Source: Shigella phage SHFML-26. Taken from it: a stretch of 64,000 nucleotides of DNA. The notes under the pieces were generated by a model. It saw only the letters and a list, made by a program, of their open reading frames with translations. It searched no databases and was not told the origin of the DNA. Positions 1 to 9,533 of the stretch are shown here, one piece after another; positions within the stretch are counted from its first letter, which is position 1; each line of letters starts with the position of its first letter. Where the stretch lies: sequence record KX130862; one strand, 5' to 3'. Position numbers and translations under genes: made by a program.

Positions 1-159
1 TTTAATTTTGTTCTGAATAACTTCCATTGCGTTATCAGAAAGAGACAAAACCCATGCTCGACGAATTTTATTTTGGTTTTGTGGATTTGATTCAGAACGC
101 ACGTGTTTTGGCTGAATATCTTTTACATCAACAGTATAATTCACAGTAATTTTAGTCAT
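1..159 (-). CDS. hypothetical protein, N-terminal part (gene continues beyond window start)
   Basis: Minus-strand ORF starting at an ATG near 159 and still open at position 1; same orientation as the gene 46 operon; not in the ORF track because it is partial. Confidence 0.25.
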
Positions 160-168
160 AATACACCT

Positions 169-357
169 TTAGTCATAATAATCAGTAACAGTCCAAGCTT
201 CATTTCTATTGGACATTATTTTTGTATATTCTGCTTTAAATGCATTCTTAAGCATAGATTCAGTAACTATATGCTCTTCATTAGAAAAATTATTTCTCAG
301 AATATATCGTTTTATTTCAGGAATAGTTAATAGATGCTGTCCAGTTGAATATTCCAT
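169..357 (-). CDS. small hypothetical protein immediately downstream of gene 46
   Basis: 62-aa minus ORF with GGAGG Shine-Dalgarno about 7 nt upstream of the ATG; co-oriented with gene 46. Confidence 0.45.
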   Translation of the reverse strand: MEYSTGQHLLTIPEIKRYILRNNFSNEEHIVTESMLKNAFKAEYTKIMSNRNEAWTVTDYYD

Positions 358-412
358 GTTTTTCCTCCATAGAGATTATACTCTAATAAATTAAAGCATA
401 ATCTCTTATAAA

Positions 413-2095
413 TTAAACCATTACAGTAAATCGACCAACTTTCTTCATTTGAAGATGCTGACCATATGCTTGCGGGTCGTGGTCTCTATGTGAAATAACA
501 AAAACATTAGTATTTTTTAAACTATCTAAAATAGTTGAAATAGCTTTTACACCTTCAACATCGGTTGCTGAATCAAAAACTTCGTCAAGAATTAACGTGT
601 TTATTTTAACACCTGAAACTTTTTCAGCAATATCACGCCAAGTAAATAAAAGAGCAATATCAATTCGTGCTTTTTCGCCTTGACTGAATGAAGCATAACT
701 AAAATCTTCACGACCGCGGGATTTAATTGTCTCATTAAATTCTTCATCTAATGTAAACACATAATCCGCTTCCATTATTTTAAGATAATGGTTAATCTGC
801 TTATTAAATAATGGAATGTACTTTTTAATAATAGCACCTTTAATACCAGAATCTTTGAGCATATCAGTCAAAATTCCTCGGTGGTATTTTTCCATTACTA
901 AATTAGTTTTTGTCTTAACAATTTTATCAAGTTCTTCTTGAAGCAGTGCTATTTCATCAGCATGGTCAATAAACTCGGATGATGCTTTTTCTATAGCTGC
1001 TTTAACTTTTTTAGCTTTATCTACAGTCGTGATTAGAGATTGCTTTTTATTGCGAATATCATTCGCCAACGTCTGCTGAGTTTTAATATTATCTCGGTAT
1101 TCATCAACAAGAACTTTTAAATTATCACGATGTGTTGAAAGCTGTTCAAACGAATGCGTACATTCAGAAACTTTATCTTTAATTTTAGAAACAACTTTAT
1201 CACCGGAACTCAATTGTGACAAACAGGTTGGACATAATCCACCTTCGTGATACATATTAATGACTTTATTATACGAGTCAATTTTTGATTTAATTAAAAC
1301 TGCTTCTTGACCGATTTTATTAAATGCATCAGTCGGGTCTTCATCTAAAACAATATTAACTAATCTTTCATTAGCTTTTTCTATTTCCGATTTTAGCGTT
1401 CTAGCTTCTTTTGCCAAATCATCATACATATTTTGCAGACGAGTAAGATTGTCACCCGTTAATTTTTTCTGGCGTTCAACGTTATCATTATATATTTTAA
1501 TTTGTTGGATAATACTATCTTTTTTAACGTCAAGCACTTGGTTTTGTGAATTTAATTCACGTATTAGTGCTTTATTAAGCTTATCCATTTCAGCTAATGT
1601 TCCTACCTCAAGCAGGTCTTCCACAAGCTTTCTTCGCGCAGGGGTCGACAAACCCATGAAAGGGGTATACCCTGCTGTACCAAGGACAACAATCTGCTTG
1701 AAACTGGCATATGACATTCCGATAAGCTGTTCAAATTCTGCTTGGAAATCTTTACTGCTGGCAGATTCATTAAGACGTGTACCGTTAACGGTGATTTCAA
1801 AAACGTTCGGTTTTTGTCCTCTTTTGATATAGTACTTTTTCTCATCATATTCCATCCACAGTTCAACTAAAAGTTCTTTCTTATTTGTGCTGTTTATTAA
1901 TTGGCCTTTCTTTACATCACGAAATGGCTTGCCAAAAAGCCCAAATGTGATGGCTTCTAACATAGTAGACTTACCACCGCCATTTCGTCCAGTAATAAGA
2001 GTTTTTTGAACCTTATCTAATTGAATGTCAACTCCATTTTGACCAACTGACATTATATTTTTATATTTTACTCTATTAAGTTTAAATGATTTCAT
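413..2095 (-). CDS. 46: recombination endonuclease subunit gp46 (SbcC/Rad50-like ATPase)
   Basis: 560 aa; N-terminal Walker A (GRNGGGKST), long coiled-coil with CPTC zinc hook, C-terminal signature and Walker B (LILDEVFD); size equals T4 gp46. Confidence 0.95.
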   Translation of the reverse strand: MKSFKLNRVKYKNIMSVGQNGVDIQLDKVQKTLITGRNGGGKSTMLEAITFGLFGKPFRDVKKGQLINSTNKKELLVELWMEYDEKKYYIKRGQKPNVFEITVNGTRLNESASSKDFQAEFEQLIGMSYASFKQIVVLGTAGYTPFMGLSTPARRKLVEDLLEVGTLAEMDKLNKALIRELNSQNQVLDVKKDSIIQQIKIYNDNVERQKKLTGDNLTRLQNMYDDLAKEARTLKSEIEKANERLVNIVLDEDPTDAFNKIGQEAVLIKSKIDSYNKVINMYHEGGLCPTCLSQLSSGDKVVSKIKDKVSECTHSFEQLSTHRDNLKVLVDEYRDNIKTQQTLANDIRNKKQSLITTVDKAKKVKAAIEKASSEFIDHADEIALLQEELDKIVKTKTNLVMEKYHRGILTDMLKDSGIKGAIIKKYIPLFNKQINHYLKIMEADYVFTLDEEFNETIKSRGREDFSYASFSQGEKARIDIALLFTWRDIAEKVSGVKINTLILDEVFDSATDVEGVKAISTILDSLKNTNVFVISHRDHDPQAYGQHLQMKKVGRFTVMV

Positions 2096-2110
2096 TTTGT
2101 ATCCAATTGT

Positions 2111-2965
2111 TCACAATGAAGAAAATTCTTTAACTAAAGCCTGTAATGAAGCCTCTATTGGATATCCATTCTTAACTAACATTTTCCTAAACATCACATG
2201 TTTAGGACGATTATATGATATCCACAATTCATACAATTTATCTTTATTATCCCAATGATAGCCTTTTCGTCGAGATGCTATATGAGCTTTTCTAATCTCC
2301 GGATTTTTCCAACTAGCAGCTACTGAATTTGATATAGCTATTTTATATTCAGGTTTTGATAAAGCAGCACGAACAGCCTTTTGGTGTTTAATTTTATTTT
2401 CTTCGTTATTAAACCATTCCCTTGAAGCCATTGAAATTTTTTGTTTTGTTTTAAAATTATTTAATCTTTCTTTGTTATCTTTCCTATTTTTTGCTACTGA
2501 AAAATATTTTAATGCCCTTTCTCTAGCAGCATTTCTATTTTGCGGATTTGAATAATATTGTTGAAGCCTTTTTGATATTGTGTCACTTACATCTTGTTTT
2601 ATAAAACTATATTCAGCAGCTATTAAATCAACTTCGGCTAAAGATAAATTTTTATATGTTTTTCCTGACATCATTCTATTTAAAGCATTTAGCATTTTTC
2701 CATTTTTACCTTTTGCTAATAAGAAATGTGCTTTAAAATGATTAAAATGACTTAAATTAACTAAATTCCATGTAGATTTTAAATATTCAGGAAATATTGA
2801 TTTAGGAAGCACGTGATGTGCTTCCGTTTTACCTGGAGTTTTAACAGTTGAATTCATAGAAATAAAATTAATGTAAGACTTGGCGTCTTCTTCACTCAAC
2901 GCTAATTTTTCAACTAATTCCTTTATTAAAAATTCATCATTAATGTCAAGTTTAAAATTCTTCAC
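2111..2965 (-). CDS. HNH-family homing endonuclease (free-standing)
   Basis: 284 aa; HNH motif (EAHHVLPKS...NLVNLSHFNHFKAH); basic C-terminal region; apparent GTG start overlapping the upstream stop (GTGA). Confidence 0.75.
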   Translation of the reverse strand: MKNFKLDINDEFLIKELVEKLALSEEDAKSYINFISMNSTVKTPGKTEAHHVLPKSIFPEYLKSTWNLVNLSHFNHFKAHFLLAKGKNGKMLNALNRMMSGKTYKNLSLAEVDLIAAEYSFIKQDVSDTISKRLQQYYSNPQNRNAARERALKYFSVAKNRKDNKERLNNFKTKQKISMASREWFNNEENKIKHQKAVRAALSKPEYKIAISNSVAASWKNPEIRKAHIASRRKGYHWDNKDKLYELWISYNRPKHVMFRKMLVKNGYPIEASLQALVKEFSSL

Positions 2966-2967
2966 AA
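2931..2967 (-). repeat. direct repeat copy 1 (about 37 bp, roughly 85 percent identical to 3134-3170)
   Basis: aattcatcattaatgtcaagtttaaaattcttcacaa versus aattcatcattaatgtcaaatgtcgaaaacttcacaa; encodes the N-terminus of the HNH gene. Confidence 0.6.
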
Positions 2968-3177
2968 AAGATTCCTTTTAATGTATCTTTTAGACCATTC
3001 TATCATATCATCATAATCTAAAAAGTATTCATCAAATTCAGCCATGCAAACAACGCCTTGTGCTGTTTTTGATGTAATATAAATTATTCCAACATATCTA
3101 GAATCTTCTTCGGTATAATCAATATTTGCTATGAATTCATCATTAATGTCAAATGTCGAAAACTTCACAATACGCAT
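2962..3177 (-). CDS. small hypothetical protein (gene 46.1 position)
   Basis: Track ORF 2962..3225; internal ATG (MRIVKFSTFDINDEF...) is the more likely start; lies between genes 47 and 46. Confidence 0.45.
   Translation of the reverse strand: MRIVKFSTFDINDEFIANIDYTEEDSRYVGIIYITSKTAQGVVCMAEFDEYFLDYDDMIEWSKRYIKRNLL
3134..3170 (-). repeat. direct repeat copy 2 (encodes the N-terminus of the 46.1-position gene)
   Basis: See copy 1; gives the two adjacent genes similar N-termini (..KFSTFDINDEF versus ..KNFKLDINDEF). Confidence 0.6.
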
Positions 3178-3412
3178 CCTTAATACAAGATACAGCCATA
3201 TCTCGTAATGATTTAAGTGTGTCATTATCTAAAATGTTGAAGTTAAAAGATACAGCCCAATCTGTACAGACCGTAACCTTTTTAATACAATTATCTTCAA
3301 CCTCTAACGGTTCAAACCAATATTCAATAATTTCTTTATGACCAATATCATCTTTTACTTCGCATTCAAAATGCTGACTCATCATAACATTTTTAAATTC
3401 ATCAAAAGTCAT
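3149..3412 (-). CDS. small hypothetical protein (gene 46.2 position)
   Basis: 87-aa ORF; ATG start overlaps the gp47 stop (ATGA). Confidence 0.5.
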   Translation of the reverse strand: MTFDEFKNVMMSQHFECEVKDDIGHKEIIEYWFEPLEVEDNCIKKVTVCTDWAVSFNFNILDNDTLKSLRDMAVSCIKDAYCEVFDI

Positions 3413-4428
3413 TGTGTTGCCTCTACATATAGCTGATTTGCATATTGAATAAGTGCTTCACGGTCAGAATCAGTGATGTCTGGAATTGCATTAATGTATT
3501 CTTCCATCAATGTCTGAAGCGATTGAACTTCAACTTCTTCACTGTCATCTGACTCGACAGAGTTATCAATCTTTGACACAACTCGTAATGAATGCACAAC
3601 TTTTTCTAGTTCAGATTCGAACTTCGTTAGATTTTTGTCTACTTCAGTTACTATAACACGTACTGATAGATTTGTAAAATCTTTATAGTCAATTTTTCCT
3701 TTAAATGGATAATGAATTCTACGATGCCAGGTAGTATTGTTTGGAATAAATTCCATTCGTTCTGTTTCTGTATCAAACATCCAGAACCCACGAGGGTCAT
3801 TCTCGTCACCTGCAGTTAGTGTCCATGGTGTCCCAATATATCTAACGTTAGCAGCCTCAGAGATAGTATGGAAGTGACCAGACCACACTTCTTTATAAGT
3901 CTTAAGGAAATCAGGTTCAAGACCGTGAGATTTCATTCCTTTATAAAAATAAAATCCATTCAGTTCCCAGTGACCAACACAAAAAGAAGCAGATGAAGTT
4001 TTGATGTGCTCAAGAATTTCACCAGTATTTTCTTCGCACATCCAAGGAATTAAATCAATTAAACATCCGTCAAAATCTACTGTAGTAGGCTTATCATATA
4101 CTTTAACATTAGGATATTTAGCCAAAAGCTCAGTAGAAGCATTTGGATGCATTACATTTTTGTAGTGGAGATCGTGATTTCCTACAATAGTATGTAATGT
4201 GATTCCAGCACCATCAAGCATTTGAACTATTTCACGGGCAAACTCCATAGTTTTATGCGTGATCGCTTTTCGTACATCAAAAATATCACCGTATTGAATC
4301 CATACCGTAATTCCATTTTTCTTAGAATATTCTATCGCTTGCTTAATTCCATCAATTTGAATACCGCGAATCCACTCATCATCAGCTTTAACGCCTAAAT
4401 GCCAATCACCCAAGTTTAGTATTTTCAT
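3409..4428 (-). CDS. 47: recombination endonuclease subunit gp47 (SbcD/Mre11-like phosphoesterase)
   Basis: 339 aa; calcineurin-like phosphoesterase motifs (GDWHLG, GDIFD, GNHD); size equals T4 gp47. Confidence 0.95.
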   Translation of the reverse strand: MKILNLGDWHLGVKADDEWIRGIQIDGIKQAIEYSKKNGITVWIQYGDIFDVRKAITHKTMEFAREIVQMLDGAGITLHTIVGNHDLHYKNVMHPNASTELLAKYPNVKVYDKPTTVDFDGCLIDLIPWMCEENTGEILEHIKTSSASFCVGHWELNGFYFYKGMKSHGLEPDFLKTYKEVWSGHFHTISEAANVRYIGTPWTLTAGDENDPRGFWMFDTETERMEFIPNNTTWHRRIHYPFKGKIDYKDFTNLSVRVIVTEVDKNLTKFESELEKVVHSLRVVSKIDNSVESDDSEEVEVQSLQTLMEEYINAIPDITDSDREALIQYANQLYVEATQ

Positions 4429-4565
4429 ATATCAAGAACCGTCATTGAAATGCAAAATAAAATTATTGAAATAAATCCATCTGGAGTGCTAAAGAACCCA
4501 ATCCAACATGCTCTAGTGAATAGATAAAATGCGAGAAAAAGTATCACATATCCAAGAAATATCAT
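4425..4565 (-). CDS. small hydrophobic ORF (about 46 aa), possible membrane peptide
   Basis: ATG-initiated minus ORF between a-gt and gene 47; stop overlaps the gp47 ATG (ATGA); below the ORF-track size cutoff. Confidence 0.3.
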   Translation of the reverse strand: MIFLGYVILFLAFYLFTRACWIGFFSTPDGFISIILFCISMTVLDI

Positions 4566-4604
4566 TATATCAAACTCCGTATAAAGCTAAAGGGCCGAAG
4601 CCCT

Positions 4605-5807
4605 TTATTTTGTAATAATGTCAAACTGTTCTTTAAAGCAGAAGCTTGAATCTTGATGCTGATACAAAAATTCATAAGCTTTTTCTCGCTCACGGTCATA
4701 AAGAGCTCGGTCAGATGACAGTTCTTTAATACGTTCAAATGTTGATTCCATGTCATTTTCATCAAACCAAATGATACCGCTATCATGCGAGGTCAAAGGA
4801 GTATTATCAACACGGAATTTTAAATTTTCGCCAGTAGATTTCCAAAATACCGGAATTGTTCCACATGCACCAAGCTCGAGATGAGTATATTCTAAAGAAC
4901 GTTGTAGATATTTTTTGTCCAACTTACTCAACTGATAACCAAATCCGGATTTACTCATGCGTTCAAGCATTTCGCTATTTACATAACGGTCAAGAATTTG
5001 CGTTGGCAAATTAGGAGCAATTTTAATTTGGTCTACTTGATGAAGACGATAATACTCATATGGAATTCCTTTTTCTTTAATAGGAATGAACGCTGGAGAA
5101 CGTTCCAGACCTTCCATAATAGTACTTAGCCCAGCAGGTTTAAGATGTTTTTCGTGAAAATCAAACATCTGATAAAAACCTTTCCATGTAGTCGTACGAC
5201 CAATCCAGCGGTTGACATTCATGTTAATTTCAGAAACATCTTTCCAGTAGGTTGATCGAACCTTCGCAATATCCATAGGAGGCTGAAAGTTGTATACAGT
5301 CGGTGCTTCTTCAATATCATCAAACAAAGAAACAGTTTCTGGATACCATTCTTTCATCAGAACTTTATTAAAATCACCATTATCAGAATGACTAAAAATA
5401 ACATCAGCTCGACGAACAGTTTCTTCTAATCCCAAATTTCGGCGCAAAGAAAGAGAAGAATGGTCATGTTGATAAACTACAACACGAACTGAAGGTTTAA
5501 TGTTATCAATAATTTTTTTATAGTTATTAATAGTGTCTTCTTCGACTGAAGTAGCAGGAACTGAATTGATAATTAGAATATCACAATCATTTACCAGCTT
5601 AAGTGTTTTATCGTATTCTTTTGCCAATAAAACCGGAATTGAAAATGATTTATAATCATGTGCACAGTTACGAGTAAATGATTTATCTTTAGCATAAACC
5701 AAAGTTACTTCATGACCATTTTTAATAAACCAATCACGTTGCTCAAGAGAAAATTTAGTTACACCGCAACCTTCAAGACCTCGAGCCATAAAAATACATA
5801 CTTTCAT
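4605..5807 (-). CDS. a-gt: DNA alpha-glucosyltransferase
   Basis: 400 aa, same length as T4 alpha-gt; N-terminus MKVCIFMARGLEGCGVTKF; sits between gene 47 and gene 55 as in T4. Confidence 0.9.
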   Translation of the reverse strand: MKVCIFMARGLEGCGVTKFSLEQRDWFIKNGHEVTLVYAKDKSFTRNCAHDYKSFSIPVLLAKEYDKTLKLVNDCDILIINSVPATSVEEDTINNYKKIIDNIKPSVRVVVYQHDHSSLSLRRNLGLEETVRRADVIFSHSDNGDFNKVLMKEWYPETVSLFDDIEEAPTVYNFQPPMDIAKVRSTYWKDVSEINMNVNRWIGRTTTWKGFYQMFDFHEKHLKPAGLSTIMEGLERSPAFIPIKEKGIPYEYYRLHQVDQIKIAPNLPTQILDRYVNSEMLERMSKSGFGYQLSKLDKKYLQRSLEYTHLELGACGTIPVFWKSTGENLKFRVDNTPLTSHDSGIIWFDENDMESTFERIKELSSDRALYDREREKAYEFLYQHQDSSFCFKEQFDIITK

Positions 5808-6050
5808 TTAATATCCTCTTTGTTTTGGTTTATTTTACCAAAAATTTATAAAGCAATATAGGAGCCGAAGCTCCTATCCACATAATACGCCATACAGAGG
5901 CTCGTTAGAACTTTTAAATTTTATGCGCTTATATTTTATAGTTCCTTCTGCTTTAGCTTTATCATGAGACTCTTTAAAGCGTCTCATCATTTCCTCTTTA
6001 GAGAAACGAATTTTATTATAATCTATTTCAGAAGTCTGGGTGTTCATCTT

Positions 6051-6257
6051 TCATAACTGCCACCATTTTTTGACTTGATAAGAATCAACCCACACTTTCA
6101 TATTAGGGTCTGCTCTTACAATAGGAGGATTAACTTCTTTAATTGAACTATCATGGTATTCTTTTTCAGAAATTTTCACACAAAGATGACCATTCAAAGA
6201 TTCAGTAAATCCTGCATTAATTTTAAGACGCTTGAATTTTACGTGTGTAAGCATCAA
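6051..6257 (-). CDS. hypothetical protein
   Basis: 68-aa ORF co-oriented with neighbours; start uncertain. Confidence 0.4.
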   Translation of the reverse strand: MMLTHVKFKRLKINAGFTESLNGHLCVKISEKEYHDSSIKEVNPPIVRADPNMKVWVDSYQVKKWWQL

Positions 6258-6540
6258 TCATATCCTCAATTTGCGATCTAGTAGTCTTCCAAAGAATACT
6301 GATGAGTTCATCGTTATATGGCTGTTTTAGAATATCCCGACTTTTCTTGATAGCATATTCGTATTGAGCAAAATTATTATTTTCAGCTGCAATCTGAGCG
6401 TGCTTATAAAGACGATTCAGTTCGCGTTTGTTTTTAGACAATAACTTATTTGCTTTTCTTTCTGCTTCAAGACGGTTCTTTTCTTCAATAGAAGAAATAA
6501 GCTTTTCCACTTCATTATTAATTTCGGGTTTATCAGTCAT
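6223..6540 (-). CDS. hypothetical coiled-coil protein
   Basis: 105-aa ORF, charged and helical. Confidence 0.5.
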   Translation of the reverse strand: MTDKPEINNEVEKLISSIEEKNRLEAERKANKLLSKNKRELNRLYKHAQIAAENNNFAQYEYAIKKSRDILKQPYNDELISILWKTTRSQIEDMIDAYTRKIQAS

Positions 6541-6541
6541 A

Positions 6542-6760
6542 TTATTTCTCTAATATAAAATAAAAATCATCATCTGTTAAATGATACCGATAGTTTAATT
6601 CTACACCATTAGATTTAAAAGCGGTATCATACGGATTTTCTGGATCAATATCAATGTCAAGAGCTAAAACTTCCCTGAGATACATTTTAAGTAAATAGGG
6701 AATAGCTTCAACTTCAGGTATTTCTTCCAAGAATCCGGAGAGGTTAATCGTTAGCCTCAT
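6542..6760 (-). CDS. hypothetical protein
   Basis: 72-aa ORF tightly packed between gene 55 and the downstream gene. Confidence 0.5.
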
Positions 6761-7301
6761 ATAAAAAATCCAAACTAGGAGAATCGTCTACAACACTTTT
6801 CTTTTCAGCCCCCGGTGTTCTATAGGTTGATTCTTCGTAATGCGTCATTTTATCGTAGATGTCTTGAATAAAAGTTTCATCTACTAACGCAACCATATCG
6901 TCGTCACGACTGTCATAGACATTGTGAACGAAGTAACTGTATTTCTTTGCAACTTCCTTACGTTCTTTTTTAATACGTTGGACGAATGCATTAAAACAAG
7001 CTTGAGTTATATACGCATGTGGGTTTTTATATTTCGTTTCATCAAAATTATGAAGCCCCTTAATAGAAGCTTCTATACCATCTGCAATCATTTCTTGTTT
7101 CCAAGACTGGGTGTATCCTGAAAAGTTGAAACGTTTAGATAAGCCTTCTGCAATAAGCATAATGGCTAATCCGATAGTATCATTCTGACGAACTACTTTA
7201 TTTGGGTCTTTATTATTTGCTAATTCTGTTTTCCAATCAATAATAGCTTGTAAAAGCTCTTTATTGTTTACGTAATTATATTTAGGCTTAGTTTCTGACA
7301 T
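6744..7301 (-). CDS. 55: late-transcription sigma factor gp55
   Basis: Track ORF 6744..7307; starting at [24 protein letters not shown] gives 185 aa, matching T4 gp55. Confidence 0.9.
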
Positions 7302-7379
7302 TTTCACCTCTTAGCTCAATTCATAGATCTATTATATCATAATATTTGAAGATCTATCTTAAAGCATAGAGGATATCAG

Positions 7380-7649
7380 TTATCTAAGTAAACAATATGC
7401 TTGGAACACTTTCTCCATCATCTTTTTAAATTCATGAATATCTATATAATGACTAGTTAAATCAGCATGATATAAAAAGTCTAAAAACTTTTCATGTGTG
7501 CTAACATATTCACTTTCATTTAATTCAGAAACATGACTTTCCCAATATCCAACACCAGTCTTATTTGGGAAAAATGAAATTTTCATGTATTGGTCAACAT
7601 AGAAAATGCCATAATTTTCAATAGTAATAGAAATATTAATAAATTTCAT
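7380..7649 (-). CDS. hypothetical protein
   Basis: 89-aa ORF in the gene 55 to nrdH block. Confidence 0.5.
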   Translation of the reverse strand: MKFINISITIENYGIFYVDQYMKISFFPNKTGVGYWESHVSELNESEYVSTHEKFLDFLYHADLTSHYIDIHEFKKMMEKVFQAYCLLR

Positions 7650-7861
7650 ACATTCATCAACTTAGCCGCTTCAAGAGCTGCATCTAGTGAATCAAATTGG
7701 TCAACATATTCAATCAATTCGCCGTAATTGGCATATAACCACCATTGGCTAAATTCATACTCAAGGATGAATCCGTTTCCTTCAATTTGAGTTAAACCAA
7801 TGCCATTTGTATTTACTTCATATCCAGCAAGACGCAAATCGTTAATAAGAGCTTCGTTCAT
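7646..7861 (-). CDS. hypothetical protein
   Basis: 71-aa acidic ORF; 4-nt overlap with the next gene. Confidence 0.5.
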   Translation of the reverse strand: MNEALINDLRLAGYEVNTNGIGLTQIEGNGFILEYEFSQWWLYANYGELIEYVDQFDSLDAALEAAKLMNV

Positions 7862-7863
7862 AA

Positions 7864-8190
7864 TTATACCTTAGTAATTTTCAGGTCTGCAAATTTTTTC
7901 TTACGTTGATTTTTCATGCGACGAATAGTTTTATCGGAAATTTCATGCTTTTGATAAGCTTTAGATTCTACACCAAAAGCTTTAACATCAAATTCTGACA
8001 AGATATATTGAACCAACAATTCACGGACAGTATTGCGTCCAATCTTCTGATCATTCTGTTTCATCGTCTGATGAAGCTCTTTTTCCCATTTATCCAAAAT
8101 TTGAGGAGTTACAATATCGCCTTTTTCTAGCAAAGAAACTACTTTATCATATGCGTAAGAATTGATGGCGTTTTTAATTTGAATAGTCAT
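7864..8190 (-). CDS. hypothetical protein
   Basis: 108-aa ORF, basic C-terminus. Confidence 0.55.
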   Translation of the reverse strand: MTIQIKNAINSYAYDKVVSLLEKGDIVTPQILDKWEKELHQTMKQNDQKIGRNTVRELLVQYILSEFDVKAFGVESKAYQKHEISDKTIRRMKNQRKKKFADLKITKV

Positions 8191-8225
8191 ACATTATCCT
8201 CAATTACGTTAAAATTTTATTATCC

Positions 8226-8245
8226 AAAAAGGGCCGAAGCCCTTA
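8226..8245 (-). terminator. intrinsic terminator (UUCG-loop hairpin plus U-tract)
   Basis: Minus strand AAGGGCUUCGGCCCUU followed by UUUUUGG after the 8243..8443 gene. Confidence 0.55.
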
Positions 8246-8443
8246 GCTAAACTTTTTGGCACCCTTCCAGCCTTCGTACATCATTGCGACTGACAATGAC
8301 AAAGCTCCTTCACATGCTGCATACTTATTATTCCAGAACCAATTTAGAAAAACTTCATCCTCAATACCATTGTGTTTCATGTTCTGGAAAAATTTGGCGC
8401 GTTCTTCAGCAATTCGCTGCGATAATTTAGATTCAGGATTCAT
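8243..8443 (-). CDS. hypothetical protein
   Basis: 66-aa ORF followed by a UUCG hairpin and U-tract. Confidence 0.5.
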   Translation of the reverse strand: MNPESKLSQRIAEERAKFFQNMKHNGIEDEVFLNWFWNNKYAACEGALSLSVAMMYEGWKGAKKFS

Positions 8444-8578
8444 TTAAATTTCCCAATTACCATTTTCATCAATAAATTTAATCCAGTCATTTACTGACCA
8501 CTTAGTTGTATCACCTTTTGGAGTAACATTTAAAATATATAGCCCTTGCTTAAAAAGCATTCGTTTGATATTCATATT
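8444..8578 (-). CDS. small hypothetical protein
   Basis: Track ORF 8444..8659 trimmed to the internal ATG (MNIKRMLF...) that abuts the upstream stop. Confidence 0.3.
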   Translation of the reverse strand, partial: NMNIKRMLFKQGLYILNVTPKGDTTKWSVNDWIKFIDENGNWEI

Positions 8579-8582
8579 TTCC

Positions 8583-8876
8583 TCAGCTGTAACGATAGCG
8601 CTCGTTTGATTTACGTTTAGCAACTCGTTGAGAAATATTATAATCAAAATCATCGTCAATGTAAACTGATTTTTTCAACTTTCTTACTTCACCACGTAAT
8701 TGACGATTCAATTCATTCTTAACCTCTGAATCAACACCTCGCATACGTCGCCATTTATCTGAGCGAAAAATGTTTTCAACCATATCTTTATGACTTACAC
8801 CATCAGGAGCTTTACGCTTTCCGAAATAGTCATAATCACGCACTTTTAAGTCTTTACGACGATACGTTTTACCCAT
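8583..8876 (-). CDS. hypothetical basic protein
   Basis: Track ORF 8583..8921 appears to begin with GTG; the ATG at MGKTYRRKDL is the more likely start. Confidence 0.45.
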   Translation of the reverse strand: MGKTYRRKDLKVRDYDYFGKRKAPDGVSHKDMVENIFRSDKWRRMRGVDSEVKNELNRQLRGEVRKLKKSVYIDDDFDYNISQRVAKRKSNERYRYS

Positions 8877-9051
8877 GGAGTTTAATTTCCTTAGCAACTG
8901 AACTAAATACAGCACGGTCACAAATCATGTGTTTATGTAACTTAAGTATAAGATAATAAACATCATAACCATTTACGTAAGTAACGCGAACAGCATTACC
9001 ATTAATAAGATAATACTGTCCCTTTTTAATTTCTTTATCAATCATAACCAT
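8869..9051 (-). CDS. hypothetical protein
   Basis: 60-aa ORF directly downstream of an early-type promoter (about 9082-9111). Confidence 0.45.
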   Translation of the reverse strand: MVMIDKEIKKGQYYLINGNAVRVTYVNGYDVYYLILKLHKHMICDRAVFSSVAKEIKLHG

Positions 9052-9081
9052 ATCAATTCCTCAAAGGCAATTCATGTGTTA

Positions 9082-9111
9082 ATAATACCACAGTTTGAGC
9101 TCGTTGTAAAC
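9082..9111 (-). promoter_or_regulatory. T4-type early promoter (GTTTAC -35, TATTAT -10)
   Basis: Minus strand GTTTAC, 18 nt, TATTAT upstream of the 8869..9051 gene, with AT-rich upstream element. Confidence 0.5.
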
Positions 9112-9209
9112 AACTTTGTGAAAATTATTTTAGGGAATGATAAGAAAGGAACGATAGCTTAGAATGGTAATATACAGAATGTGAGAAAGAAAGGCCCAGA
9201 GGGCCCGTC

Positions 9210-9533
9210 TTAATCTTCTATGATATCTCTATCATATCCAAGTGAAATGAGAGTTTCTTTGAAGTGTTTAATGTTCTTTTGTCTAGAATCATTAATGAAA
9301 ATGACTGGATAACGAATGTTAAGAGATGTGAATCCAGCGCGTTTAGCAAGAGATACAATCAGCGGACGATCATACTCAATCTTACCGTTATTTGTAAGAA
9401 CTTTATAGAAAGTAAAAGGAGCATTGAGCTCCTTTAGAAGTTTTGTAACTGATTGACATCCAGGACAACGACCTACTTCTTCGGGGATGCCATAGATTTC
9501 AATCTTATTCTTTAAGTTCGAGTTTTGTTCCAC
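9210..9533 (-). CDS. nrdH: NrdH-like glutaredoxin
   Basis: CPGC redox motif after a beta-strand (KIEIYGIPEEVGRCPGCQ); track ORF 9210..9662 is N-terminally over-extended; the start is probably a GTG near 9533 and is uncertain. Confidence 0.65.
   Translation of the reverse strand: MEQNSNLKNKIEIYGIPEEVGRCPGCQSVTKLLKELNAPFTFYKVLTNNGKIEYDRPLIVSLAKRAGFTSLNIRYPVIFINDSRQKNIKHFKETLISLGYDRDIIED

Noticed and set aside
103-394. Plus-strand ORFs 103..330 and 209..394
   Set aside because: Low-complexity translations antisense to the minus-strand operon downstream of gene 46; no ribosome-binding site and they conflict with the co-oriented minus ORFs.
1449-1866. ORFs 1449..1832 (+) and 1603..1866 (-) inside gene 46
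   Set aside because: Entirely contained within the gp46 coding sequence in other frames; shadow ORFs.
4565-4786. Minus ORF 4565..4786 (73 aa)
   Set aside because: Overlaps the 3' end of the alpha-glucosyltransferase gene in another frame; a shorter ORF 4425..4565 fits the intergenic gap better.
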